Shown: positions 26,991 through 40,361 of the stretch, in pieces | How the letters are laid out: every line of letters starts with the position of its first letter | How positions within the stretch are numbered: position 1 is the first letter of the stretch | Origin: Malacoraja senta | Lineage: Eukaryota | NCBI GenBank assembly: GCA_038087875.1 | Contig: CM075989.1 | Span: forward strand, 2,232,001 to 2,296,000 | Direction of reading: 5' to 3' | Length of the DNA stretch: 64,000 nt | The notes under the pieces: model-generated | The model's input: the letters and a program-made list of their open reading frames with translations, nothing else | Database searches by the model: none | What the model was told of the DNA's origin: nothing | Position numbers and translations under genes: made by a program

Positions 26991-28205
26991 TCCATGGGAA
27001 CCGGTGGATATTTCTGCCCCTGGGTTTTGGGGGGAAAGGACATGTTCGCCCGTGCCACTGTTGGAGTGTGCCAACTGCGCATATTTGTGAATGGCCGGCT
27101 TGGTCCTTGGTCTGAACCAGTTTCAGCGAACCGTTTGTAGGGGTGCTGCCGCCGAAGCGAAGTTTTGCTAGTCGCCGGGGCTCTGATGAGTCCGACCGTT
27201 CTGGCCTCGTCGTCCAGCTCCTTGACTCTTTTTGAGAGATCTTCACCGAACAACAGATTGAATAGGTTGAATATTGCTGGATTTGTACAGAGCCGCGAAC
27301 TTGGGGTTGATAGTAGGGCGGATGGCACTCTTTCTCAGGCAATTTATTTCAAAATGTGCATTGCACATTAGGCCCAGGGCATCCTGCTGTACATCAGACA
27401 GGGGCCCTCCATCCACCGACCTGCCGAAAGCTGTGATGCCCGAGGCGAGCAACTTCAGTATCCTCTGGAGCTTCACCGCCTGAGCTCTGATACCTACGCC
27501 CATGTGACCCCAGATGGCGTAGTTAACAGTTGGCACTTTGAGCAGGACACAGTTAGCAGGAGTCTCATATTTTTTGGACGTTTCCTCCATAGTGTGCTCT
27601 TGAAGCTGGTGTGAGGCCAGGTAATTTATACTCGCGGCCAAATCTTCACCCAGAGATTCCCCTGTTTCGGTCGGGATTGCAAATCTTGATGCCATGACTG
27701 GCACCTCTGGCTTGTGCCCTTCATGCCTTGGGGTATGCTCCATGGCTATACCCACAGACTCGGAGTCAGAACAAAACTGACCCCGCATGCTCTCCTCCTC
27801 CGAGAGGGAGACATTAAGCAGCCCTGATACAGGTGCCGCTGACGCGTGCGCCCGAGGAGACCCGCGCTGACACAACTCCTCCTGTTAGAGTGTATCTTGG
27901 TGGAGCATCCTCTCCATCAGGAGCTCCATCCTGGACAAAAGTCCAAAGACGCTATCCCTTGTAGGAGGGGAACCCTCCTGGCCCGACTCATCCAAGTCAA
28001 CGGGCCTTGCAGACTTCTTTGTGGCTTTCCGCCCCAATGGTGCAGCCACGGTGATCTCAGGAGGCACCAAGTCTGAAGTCACTGGCCGTGCCGCCAGCGA
28101 CTCGGAAGGTGAGATAGACGGCCGCCCGCTACCCGCACTCCTGCGGTCTTCCATAGCTGCTCTCCCGGCGGCTCGCCTTGACTTCACCTTAGATGCTTTC
28201 TCCAT
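26729..28205 (-). pseudogene. DIRS copy A ORF1 (gag-like), frameshifted
   Basis: ORF pieces 27885-28205, 27243-27875 and 26986-27342/26729-27328. LFGEDLSKRVKEL and PANCxLLKVPTVN motifs are shared with copy B ORF1. Confidence 0.7.
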
Positions 28206-29150
28206 CGACTCGAACTTGCTCCTGTAACAAGAATTACCGACCCAAGAAAACGACCTCCGACTAAGTTTTAAACACTTAACTGAGGGTTTTAAAACTTACC
28301 GCTGGAGGAGCACCGCGCCTGCCAGCCAGTCGTTGCGCAATACGTCAGGCGTAAATGACGCGCATGCGGACTGGCGGGGCTGTTCACGGAATCACTCACG
28401 TGACTCCGAAGTAAAATTGGCTTGGTATGAATGTAAAATTGTCCCCAGTGTGTGATGGATAGCGTTAGTGTGCGGGGATCGCTGGTCGGTGCGGACGGTG
28501 GGCCGAAGGGCCTGCTACCACACTAAACCAAAACAAAACTAAAGTATAAAATGTAAAATAAAATAGAAAATGCTGAAAATACTCAACAGGTTAGAAAACA
28601 CCTGTGGAGTGAGAAGTAGAACTAGGAGTTCAGATTGATGATCCTCGTCCAAACCTGCTAATAATGGCAATGTATCTTTGAAGATATATTGACTTGAAAG
28701 TCGCAATCTTTCAGATGAGGAATCCTAATGAAAAAAACATTAAAATGCTGGAAATTCGCAAGTGCTGAGTATTTGTAGCATTTTCTAGTTTTAGTTCATG
28801 CCGTCAGGATCTGCAGAACTTTCTTTAAGTTTTAATATAGTTTAGTTTAGAGATACGGTGCGGGAAACACGGCCTTCGGCCCACTGGGTTTGTGGGTTAA
28901 TTAGCCCAAATGTGTAGGGAGCAGATGAGAAAGTGGAACAATGTAGACCTAGGGCAAACGGGTGATCGATGGTCATCATGGACTCGGTGGGCCAAAGGGC
29001 CTGTGTCAATGCTATATCTCTAAACTGAACTAAATTAAACTAAACTAAACAAAACTTAACTAAACTAAATTGAACTAAACTAAACTAAACTAACCTAATA
29101 TGACAATGACCAGACTAGCTTTCATGTTTAGGTATTAGGACAGAGAGAAA

Positions 29151-32100
29151 AATAGTAAGATTAAACGAGAATTTACCTAAGTTTGAAGTTTGATCTTTAT
29201 TTTATGAGGAGTTACGTAGGTGATTACCTGAAGAACCCCGCCAGTGCGCCTGCGCGTCAATCTTCAAAGCAGCGGTGTGAAATCACAAAAAACAACAACC
29301 GAAGTAATATAGTCTCATAATAAAACGAGTAATACAAGAACTTCCATCTGACCTTTATGATAGAGGGTAGGGTCGTGGTGGGCACGTAATCACCTACGTA
29401 ACTCCTCATAAATTAAAGATCAAACTTCAAACTTAGGTAAGTTCTTGTTTAATCTTACTATTTTACTTCGGAGTCACGTGAGTGACCACGTGAAGATTTT
29501 AAAGCTTTGTGATTTCATGCCGTGGATCAATCCCGGCTTCTCACTGCAGAGATGAGATTGACTCGGAACGAGAATAATCAATCATGCATTCATAATAACA
29601 TTTGTACCACAAATGCAGTAATTCATTTCAATAATGAAATGAACCAGATCCCCTTTAAACCAGAGGAATTTACACAGAACTTAAAATAGTTTCTGCAAAC
29701 AACCCCGCATTAACAATAGGCCGATGGTAAAAATGTTGAAACATCAACTCATTGGACCACCCGGCGGCTGCGAGGATATGGTCGACGGGGACGACTTTTG
29801 TCCTGGCCGGCGACGTTTCTGCTGCCCTAGTCGAGTGAGATGTAAAAACATAAGTGTTAATACCAGCAGCTGTTAAGTCTTCTTTTATCCACCTGGAAAT
29901 AGTTTGTATTGAAACTCTCTTGTGTGGTTTATTGTGTGTGATCAACAACCCAGTTTCCGTATTCTCAAATTCTTTGTGACCTCAATGTATTGTAATAAAT
30001 ATGTCTTAATACAGAGACATGGATCATTTGGATATGCTGCTAGCATAATTTTAAATCCTGTCACACCTGGCCTAATTTACTTTAGTAGGTCATAGATATA
30101 GAATGTAACCTTGTCTTCAGTTACTTCCATACTGTCTATTTGTAATTTTCCAAGTGTTTGCACTCGTTGTGCTGTCACTCATGCCATAAGCATGAATACT
30201 TTCATACTGAGCTTGACCAAAGGTAAAGACACACTTGATGACCATTCACGAAGTAGTTTCAGTACCACACTTACATCCCAGATTGTCACGTACCTAGGTT
30301 TCGGTGGTTTGAATTAAAGATTCCTTTCATTAGTCTGGAAACAATTGGGTGTGACCCAAATGAGTTTCTTTCTGAATCCAGAACCAAATATGAGGACAAT
30401 GCACTTCTGGCTGAATTAATTGCACTACAACTCAGACCTTCATCATAATAAAGTTTTGACAGAGATTCTAAACATTTGAAATATCTGCAGTACTTTATTG
30501 CACATTCTTTTGTACACAGAACTCTTCCCATTTCTTAATATAAGAAAGGTACTGTTTTTGAGTGCTCTTCCTCCAGGCTGCCGTAAGCATGTCCACAGTA
30601 TGCTCAGACAGTCCTCGTCCCAGAAAAGGCATTCGTAAAACCTGCAAATCAACAAATCCAAACGATCATATAATGGATGTTGTTCCCCTGTACAGGGTGC
30701 AGCAATAAATTACTCTTTTTTGGGACTTTCATCAACATGTGTGTTGTTAATTCTAATATCAACGGATACCATGGCTGTGTAGGCCAATCTGGTACTACCA
30801 ATACCCTTGAAGCAGCATCTTGCCTGATTTTAAGCAAACATTGGCTTATGAGGCAGAAAGGTGTAAATATATATGAAAACATACCACCCCAATGTAGCAA
30901 GAAAGCATCAATCGCCACTGCTCCTGGATCTGGTTTCCATGAGACATATCTCGATAGCTGATGATTCAAGTCGATGTCGGGCATTCCGAATCTGATTACT
31001 ATATCATTGAATACCTCTTGATTCAACATCCATTCTTTATTATCATGGAACTTTTCGTGACCTGGTGTCTGCTATCGTGTTCATTCTACCTGGTAGATAG
31101 ATAGCTGAAATCCAAATGTTCTTTTCAATACACCAAGACCAAAGTTGATTTAACCATTTTGTCACATGACACCGACTTAATTCCACCCATATCATTAATA
31201 TAGGCAACTACTTGTGTTTATTAATTTGAACTTGAACCTTCCTTTTAGTTGTGTTAGAACCATAAGCTTGGAGTCCATAGAAAGCTCCTAAAAGCTCCAA
31301 ATAGGTAATTCCCCATGTCTGCAGTAACACTAACTTTTCCTGATTCCATCTGCATCTGCAGCTCCATGTTAAGTCAGTTGCACCCCATCCTAGTGCACTG
31401 GCATCAGTTTGTATTATCATGGAAGGTTGTTCAATCAGCACTTTGCCTGAACTGCTTGAGACATGTAGAATCCACCACTGCAGCTTAGAAACAGCATTTG
31501 TTGTTACTTGCATGGTTCTATCATAATGACCGGCATTTACTCTCAGTGCCTTGTCTTTGATCCTCTGCTGCTGTTGATAATGTAATGGTCCATACTGGAC
31601 TGCTGGGAATCTGCTAATTTTCCCAGTACTCGAGCCACCTGTCTGATTAGAGGTTTTTGCTCGTTTAACAAATTACTGCAATCTTTAATCAACTCCACCA
31701 TTTTTTAACTGGGCAAAGTAAATTGCATTTGGGCTAAATCAATTGTGAACCCCAAATAATCAATCGAGGTACATGTTTTTAACCTTGATTTCTTTGGATG
31801 AATTTAGAAACCCCCAAACTTTCAAAAGTTTGATTTTATTACTGCAACCGATGCTTCTGTTGACTGTTTTGTCCTTCCTATAATCAGGACATCATCCAGG
31901 TATGCCATTAGTACATGCACCTGGCTCTCAGCAACCCCAGAATTGATTTAAACAATTTTATGAATATTCTGGGAGGGAACGTTAACCCATCAGGCAGAGC
32001 TTTGAACTGCCCTAATTGGTTCATCCATGTAAATTTAAGATACTTCATATCTTGCAAGTGAACAGACACTGAACAAAAGGATTCAGACTTGTCAAGTCTA

Positions 32101-33787
32101 TAATAATCCTACATCCTCCATCCTTTTTTGATCGAGGGAATATATTTGACCCAAATTCTTGATTCTTGAATAACACCTTTTATATATAGGGTTTTGAAGC
32201 GCAACTTGAACCTCCATTACTTCGCAAAGTGGAGAGTTCTGCTAGGAACATGCTGGACAGGCAAATCATAATTTGGATTCAATTCAATTCGAAATCCTTG
32301 TATATTATTCAGAATTACCACATCTGAAGTAATCTTCTTCCAATGTTTATAGAAGAGACGTAATCTGCCTCCAACTTTTGGACTTAATCCAGTTAGTATG
32401 TACCCCTGACAACCAGGTCCACCTACCTCTTGAGTCATTTGAGTATTCTGAGATCCCTGGATTCTCCCGGAAGCACCACCACTGGTCCTTACTCCCGCTG
32501 CAGGCCGCCAGCTACGTCCCTGCGTTGATGAGCGACTTGGTCCTGGTCTAGGGTCCGTATGACGTCTGAAAGGATACTTCCTCTTTACAGACTTTGCAAC
32601 CATTGATGTTTTTATCAATCCTGTTCTCGCTTCATCTTCCAACTCTTTAATACGTCTCCCGAGATCCTCTCCAAAGAGTAAGTTGGGTAATTGTATATTA
32701 CTTGGTTTGTAGAGTGCTGCGAATTTCGGATTCATAGTAGGCCGTATAGCACTTTCCTCAGATAATTGATCTCGAAGTGGGTGCTGCATAGCAACCCCAG
32801 TGCTTCCTGATGCAACTTCGTCATCTCTTGGCTGTTACCTGCTATTCTGGTAAAAGCAGTTATTCCAGAACCCAGCAGCTTTAATATTCTCTGCAACTGA
32901 TTCCAGATAATTTGGTTCACTGCTGCTGCTTTCAGCAACCCACAGTTACTTGGGGTCTTCTGCTTTCTTGCAGTCTCATCCATTTCCTGCTGTTCCAGCT
33001 GATGGTAAACCAAGTAATTTATTAAGGAGGCCAGTTCTTCTCCTAATGGCTCTCCTGACCCTGACGGGGCAGCGAATCCTACTGCCAGGGGTGGAACATC
33101 TGGCAGCTGCCGTTCATCGCCTTGTACAGCCTCACCGTCAGAGTCGGGGTCTGAAATCTCATAACCCGTGGCACGCTCCTCATTCCTGAGGGTGCATTCC
33201 ATCAGCCCTGAGCCAGGTGCTGTTAAGCTGCTTCCTGCAGCTTGGATTACAGTACACTGCTTCCTGAGTGAACTTTGCTCCAACAGCCTATGAAAAAGGC
33301 TTTCTATTTGGGCAATATGCTCGAAAGCAGTATCTAGCCCTGGAGCTACTTCCATTGCCTGGGACTCCCTCCGTGGGCCGTTGGGATTTAAACTTTGTCT
33401 TTTGCCCGACAGGCGCTGACTGTGTTTTCACCAGCCCCAGGTCCACAGTCGCTATGCTCACCGCTGGCGACTGTACCGGGGTTTAGAGGCGGTTGGTCTC
33501 TAACCGCAGACTCCCGACTTTCCCGACTTCTGTCGGCTGTGTCGCTCGCCTCTTCCCCCTGTCCGTTTTTTCCATGGCGTCTGTGGAAAAAATCCCCATA
33601 GACCCACAGTAAACGGACCTGGAAAACATGAAAAAAGTTTCTACTTACCTTGTAGTTGAAAAACTACAAATCCACTGGAGGAGCTCTGCTCCTCACGTCC
33701 GTTTGCGTCAAGGCGTCTGACGTAATGACGCGCAGGCGCACTGGCGGGGTTCTTCACGTAGTCACTCACGTGACTCCGAAGTAAAAT
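29151..33787 (-). mobile_element. DIRS1-type retrotransposon, copy B (related subfamily, more decayed)
   Basis: ITRs ~29220-29259 / 33726-33765; ICR 29383-~29496. Fragments of gag (32217-33575), RT, RNaseH (QTDASALGWG), MT (30649-31029) and YR. Confidence 0.92.
29670..30640 (-). pseudogene. DIRS copy B tyrosine recombinase, fragmented
   Basis: C-terminal ORF 29670-29948 keeps HSTR...GWS...FQHFY (H-x-x-R, W, Y). Upstream fragments 30286-30531 and 30443-30661 are frameshifted. Confidence 0.85.
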
Positions 33788-33813
33788 AGTGGTCAGGACA
33801 ATGGTATATAGGT

Positions 33814-33953
33814 GTTTAAGAAGGAACTGCAGATGCTGGAAAATCGAAGGTCGACAAATGTGCTGGGGAAACTCAGTGGGTGCAGCAGCATCTATGGAGC
33901 GAAGGAAATAGGCGTTGCCTATTATGAGTTTCTCCAGCACATTTGTCTACCTT
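33814..33953. mobile_element. Short Penelope-derived palindromic insertion
   Basis: 15-bp TSD caatggtatataggt at 33799-33813 and 33954-33968. Confidence 0.8.
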
Positions 33954-35858
33954 CAATGGTATATAGGTTCTCTCTGAAATAGTACCACAGAAACATTAAT
34001 TTCCAGTTCAATGGGCAGCCTTTCTTTGAAACCTAATCTGAAAGGCTAATGCAGAAAATGCAGCCGGGTGTGTCCTTTCTGAAGCACTGTGGAATATCTT
34101 GCTATGTAATTGTGTTATATGAACGTTATATTTGAATTTGTTGTGAATGAAGTCAAGGTTGGTATGTGGCAGACAACAGCTCAGGGAACAGAGCAGTGAT
34201 GCCAGGACCACAAGACTTTAGATTAGTTTAGTTTAAAGATACAATGTGGAAACAGGCCATTCGGCCCACCGACCAGCGCTGCCCGCACATTAACACTACC
34301 CTACACACACTAGGGACAATTTTGCATTCATATCAAGCTAATTAACCTACAAACCTGCACGTCTTTGCCGTTACTCTCGGGATCAAATTAGGGATATGTT
34401 CATATCGCACACTCATGCATCAGTGTGAGTCCAACTCCAATCTGTAATCAGCCTGGCACAATATTCACTGCTGTCGGCAGCACAGTCATCACTGAGCCTT
34501 TAGCTCCCATTTTGATAAGGTGCCAATCAACGATGGAGCAGAGAAACAACAGATGTCTCAGAAGAAGCAGATGAGGACTTGGTATTGACCATCTGACGGG
34601 ACATCAACAGGTGTTAACTTGATGGAGAAAGAACAATACAAAGAGTAGCAGTGTCACTTGTCTCCATGTTTAAGAAGGAACTGCAGATGCTGGAAAATCG
34701 AAGGTAGACAAAAATGCTGGAGAAACTCAGCGGGTGAGGCAGCATCTCTGGAGCGAAGGAAATAGGCAATGTTTCGGGCCGAGTTTCGGGCCGAAGTTTA
34801 ACCAAGTTTCCTGTAATCTTTGTCCAAATTGTTTTGAGCATTTTCCATGGACGTCAATGGCTAAAGACAGGATGAATGTCAGTTGACGTACCCACTGCCT
34901 GACATTTTCCTCTTGACAGTGTTACTTGCTCTTAGAGCTCACACCTGAATGTTGGCTAGGTCTTGGCTCTACCATGTACACACAGTGTCATTGATTTGAG
35001 GAGTTGCAGGTGGCATTCAATCAAGTGCACTCTTTTGAACTAGCCTTGTTTGGAAGGCCATAAGTTCATAGGGCATGTGAGCAGAATTAGCCCATTCATA
35101 CCATCGTCTACTCTGCCATTCAATCATGGCTGATCTATCTTTCCCTCTCAACCCCATTCTCCTGCCTTCTCCCCATAACCATTGACCTCCATACTAAAAT
35201 ACTCAATACATCCACCACAGCCTTCTGTGGCAATGAGTTACACAGATTCACCACCTGATTAAAGAAATTCCTCCTCATCTCCTTTACAAAGTATTCCGAG
35301 GATGTGCCCTCTGGTCCTTGTCATTGATGACGCAGGTGAAGAGTTGGTCCTAAGACACTATGTTGAAACGCTCCTGAAGTGATCTTTGGAGCTGGAAATA
35401 ATGGTCATCTTATTGAGTAGGGAGCACCTGATGCCATTGAGGGTGAGACCTGTCCACACCTGATCTATATCCCTCTCAAGCCTGTCAAAATGTCTTTAAA
35501 TGCTGTTATTATAACTGCAACTGTACATCCCGACTTCTGTAATCAATTACATGACTGATGCAAGCTTATTTGCCAAAAGCCTTCTTCACCACTCTATCTA
35601 CCGGTGATACCACGTTCAGGCATGCACCTATACTCTGAGACACCTCTGTCCCACAACAATCCCCAGGACCCTATCATTCACAGTGAAGGTGTTGCTCTAG
35701 TTTAACTTTCCTAAAGGCAACACCAAAACCTATCTGAATAAAACTCCATTTGCCATTCCTCAGCCCGCTTGCCCAGCTGATCCACATCCCATTGAGATTC
35801 ATGATACGCCTCTTCACTCTCTACAGTACCATCTACTTTGGTGTCATCTGCAAACTTA

Positions 35859-36557
35859 AGGGCCTGTCCCACTTACGTGTCCTTGTCACGCAAATTACGC
35901 GACCTCGTGGTCGCGTTGAGGCGCACGGGAATCGTATGGCCGCACGGGGCTGGTCCCACTGAGAAGCGCGGAGGGGTATGTAGTTGTGCGCGACATCGCG
36001 CGGGGCTCCGATATTTTTGTAGCGAACGAAATCTTCGTGCGTAACTGACGGCCTGTCGCGTAACTGACGGCCAAAGTGGGACAGGCCCAAGCCCCTGGCG
36101 CGATGCAACATCTCACCTGCAACAGCAGCAGAAGCAGGCAAACGATAGCCGAGCTCGGCCTGGGGCTCACGGCCGTTGCTGTCCATATCCGCCCCCACTT
36201 CTACTCCCAGAGTGGGGCCAAGAAAATTGAAGACGGACACAAAATGCAGGAGTAACTCAGCGGGACCGGCAGCATCTCTGGAGGGAAGCAATGGGTGACG
36301 TTTCGGGTCGAGACCCTTCTTTCAGACTGAAGAAGAGTCTCGACACGAAACGTCACCCATTCCTTCTCTCCAGAGATGCTGCCGGTCCCGCTGAGTTACT
36401 CCGGCATTTTGTGTCCATCTTCAAATGACGTCACACGCTCCAGACGGCTGTGCGGTCGAATGAAGTCGCGCGCGACCTTTGCGGGACCGTTGCGGTTCAA
36501 CGCGACCACGAGGTCGCGTAATTTGCGTGCCAAGGACACATAAGTGGGACAGGCCCT
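35859..36557. mobile_element. PIF/Harbinger-type MITE
   Basis: ~60-bp TIR starting agggcctgtcccactta; TTA TSD; interrupts a CR1 RT segment (GMMSKFADDT, minus strand). Confidence 0.85.
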
Positions 36558-37034
36558 TTACTCATCATGCCTTATGCATTCTGATCCAAATCGTTCATTA
36601 AAAACCACAAACAGCAATGGGCCAACACCGATTCCTAAAGAATACCATTAGTCACAGGCCTCCAGCCTGAAAAACAACCTTCCACCAACACTCTCTGTTT
36701 CCTACCTTGAAGCCAATTCATTTTTAATATGAGATATATGGAGTGTTGCGTATCTCCATGCCTCTGCAATTACCAATCCCCTGCCTGAAAACCACTCCGC
36801 CATCAATTCTGATATTCTGGACTGCCGGTGGAATAGGATGCAGTTAAAGCTGAAGCACAAGAACAATAGATGCTGGAATCTTGCAAGAACACAAAGCACT
36901 TCAGGATCCCAGCACGTCAGGCAAATCCACTTTCCTCGGTCATCGTTGCCTTTTGCATATCTTTCATTCATCTGTTCCATGTACTTGCTATATTTCTCAT
37001 TTCCCTCTCCCCTGACTCCCCTCTTTCCTCTCCC

Positions 37035-37572
37035 CTAATTTGAGGAAGGATACCCTTGTGATTGAGGCAATGCAGCGTAGGTTCACGAGATTGATCCCTG
37101 GGATGGCAGGACTGTCATATGAGGAAAGATTGAAAAGACTAGGCTTGTATTCACTGGAGTTTAGAAGGATGAGGGGGATCTTATAGAAACATATGAAATT
37201 ATAAAAGGACTGGACAAGCTAGATGCAAGAAAAATGTTCCCAATGTTGGGCGAGTCCAGAACCAGGGGCCACAGTCTTACAATAAAGGGGAGGTCATTTA
37301 AGACTGAGGTGAGAAAAAATGTTTTCACCCCGAGAGTTGTGAAATTGTGGAATTCCCTGCCACAGACGGCAGTGGCGGCCAAATCACTGGATGGATTTAA
37401 GAGAGTTAGATAGAGCTCCAGAGGTTAGTGGAATCAAGGGATATGGGGAGAAGGCAGGCACGGGTTACTGATTGGGGACGATCAGACATGATCACAATGA
37501 ATGGCGGTGCTGGCTCGAAGGGCTGAATGGCCTCCTCCTGCACCTATTTTCTATGTTACTATGTTTCTATGA
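37035..37572 (+). mobile_element. CR1 3' fragment
   Basis: Nearly identical to 14525-15057. Confidence 0.85.
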
Positions 37573-37907
37573 CTCTCAGTCTAAAGATGGGTCTCAACCT
37601 GAAACGTCACCTAATCAATTTCTCCTAAGATGCTGCCTGACCCGCTGAGTTCCTCCAGGTTTTTGTGTCTATCTTGTGTAAACCAGCCTCCGCAGTTGTT
37701 TCCTATACATCTCAGTAGGACATGGATAGATGATGTTTTGGGTCAGGATAACTTCTTCAGATTAAAGATTGTCCAGAAAATTGACCATAAAATAAGATTC
37801 AGGAGGCAGTCTGTGACAGGATGTCCCCTTGACTAGAAGACAAACGCAAAGTGCTGGAGTAACTCAACGGGTCAGGCAGCTTCTGACGCTAATCATGAGA
37901 TGCTTCA

Positions 37908-38815
37908 TGGAAACATAGTAACGAAGAAAGTAGGTGCAGGAGTAGGCCATTTGGCCCTTTGAGCCAGCACCACCATTCAATATGATCATGGCTGATAATC
38001 CAGAATCAGTACCCTGTTCCTGCTTTTTCCCCACATCCCTTGATTCCAATAGCCCTAAGAGCTAAATCTAACTCTCTCTTGAAAACATCCAGTGGATTGG
38101 CCTCCACTGCCTTCTGTGGCAGAGAATCCCACAGATTCACAACTCTCTGGGTGACAAAGTGTTTCCTCATCTCCCTCCTAAATGGCCTACCCCTTATTCT
38201 CAAACTGTGACCCCTGGTTCTGGACTCTCCCAACATCGGGAACGTTTTTCCTGCATCTAGCCTGTCCAATCCCTTAAGGGCCTGTCCCATTGTACGAGCT
38301 AATTCTAGAGTTCTCCCGAGTTTCCCCTGATTCAAACTCGGAGAATTACAGTAATAGCCGCTCGTAGGTACTCGGGGCTCTCGTGGACATTTTTCAACAT
38401 GTTGAAAAATCTTCACGAGTACCTGCCGTTAGCGTTACGAGCCGCTAAGAGACGTCCCGAGCTCCGACGTACCCACTACGTACATTCTACGTGCTTACCA
38501 CGAGTTTGATTTTTTTAAAACTCGAGAGAGCTCTTGAATTAACTCGTACAGTGGGACAGGTGGGAATTTTATATGTTTCTATAAGATCCCCTCTCATCCG
38601 TCTAAATTCCAGTGAATACAAGCCCGGTCGACCCATTCTTTCATCATATGTCAGTCCTGCCATCCTGGGAATTAACCTGGTGAACCTAAGCTGCACTCCC
38701 TCAATAGCAAGAATGTCCCTCCTCAAATTAGGAGACTGCACACAATACTCCAGGTGCGGTCTCACCAGGGCCCTGTACAACTTCAGTAGGACCTCCTTGC
38801 TCCTATACTCAAATC
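37908..38815 (-). mobile_element. CR1 3' fragment interrupted by a MITE
   Basis: ORFs 38487-38780 and 38006-38416 are collinear around the 38277-38560 insert. Confidence 0.85.
38277..38560. mobile_element. PIF/Harbinger-type MITE (right end damaged)
   Basis: agggcctgtcccattgtacgag ... ctcgtacagtgggacagg, preceded by TTA. Confidence 0.75.
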
Positions 38816-40361
38816 TTCCTGACCTGCTGAGTTACTCCAGCACTTTGTGTTTATCTTCAGTATAAACCAGCATCTGCAGTTCCTCCGTACACATGTGCCG
38901 TGACTAGTCTGTGGTCAGCTTTACTAATATATAAACCAGTCCCCAAATGTTTGGAGGCTTTGAAGCCATTTAGGCTGGGAGCAACATTGATTTGTTTCTA
39001 GGCTATTGCTGGGTGGTCTGCCCTTTTAAAATGTTAATGTTTCCATTCAGTGGCTTTGATGCAACTAAATGGCTTCTTCAGCTATTTTAAAGGGCAGTTA
39101 GAAATCGCCCACATTGTTTTGCATTTAGCTTTATGCTGTAGACCACCCTCATGGGCAGTTTAACGCAGTTTTGGGAATTACTTATCTGCCCTCCCCCTAC
39201 TGACAATGTTTGTTGATAAATGAGGGGTAACAAAGTGGAAATAAATGCGTCCGCTTTCACCTGAAGGCGATCTCGCCCCACGGAGGAATAGGACACTGAG
39301 TGAGGAAGAGCACTCATTAATTGGACTGAAGATAGACACAAAAAGCTGGAGTAACTCAGCGGGTCAGGCAGCATCTCTGGAGAAAAGGAATAGGTGACGT
39401 TTCGGGTCGAAACCCTTCTTTGGACTGGTCACCTATTCCTTTATCTCCAGAGATGCTGCCTGAGCCACTGAATTACTCCGGCATTTTGTGTCTATGTTTG
39501 GTATCGACCAGCATCGACAGTTGGGACTGGGAATTCTGCTGGAGGTAAGGCTCAGTTCGTGGGAAGAAATTCATTTTCAGTCATGGGAAAAGGAAACAAG
39601 GGATATAGGACAAATGAATGAAGGATTTGCAGAAAACAAAGATGATCAAGGAAAGATGGAGTCCACCATTAATTAGACGGTTCGGTTTGGATGTAATCGC
39701 GTGGTGGGCCTGGTGTTCACCATACATGTTTGTAAATCACCTCTAATGAAGCAAAGTCTCAGTTAGAGAATATGTGGAGAGTATGTTTATTATTTATTAG
39801 GAAAAAATATATTAATTATGTTAACAAGACGTAATTTATATGGGCAGATTGGGTTAATTAACATGCAGGATGTTCTTTCATTCAAAGGCAAACTCATTAC
39901 TGACTAATCTAAAAATAAAAAGCTGGCTCAGATCTCAACAGTGCCTGGGCAAAGCTGTGTCCCGAGGGATGCTCACAGCTTGATGTCAAGAGCATTCACC
40001 TGACCCTTTCTCCACACGATCGCTCATTAATTGTCTGAGCAACTATTGAGCCCTGTGCTGGGATACAGCATTGAATGCACTGTTACAAGTGTTACAAGTC
40101 TGAAGAACGGTCTCGACCTGAAACGTCACCCATCCCTTCTCTCCAGGGATGTTGCCTGTCCCCGCTGAGTTACTCCAGCTTTTTGTGTCTACCAACAAGT
40201 GTTACAATGCAGATTCCCATTCTTCAGACTGGGTAGGGATATGGGAAACGAGAGATACAGATGATGTGGAGAGATGAAGCACAATGAATGAACGATATGC
40301 AAAAAAGTAACGATGATAAAGGAAACAGGCCATTGTTCGCTGTTTGTAGGGTGAAAACGAG

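Larger units (their letters stand above)
23654..28417 (-). mobile_element. DIRS1-type tyrosine-recombinase retrotransposon, copy A (full length, ORFs disrupted)
   Basis: Inverted terminal repeats 23719-23761 / 28356-28398. Internal complementary region 23876-~23988 matches both ends. Encodes gag-like, RT (YLDD), RNaseH, MT and YR fragments. Splits a SINE. Confidence 0.93.
23489..28540 (+). mobile_element. V-SINE split by DIRS copy A (23489-23656 and 28415-28540)
   Basis: Rejoining gives caggttaattggcttggtat, matching intact SINE copies (e.g. ~5820). Confidence 0.88.
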
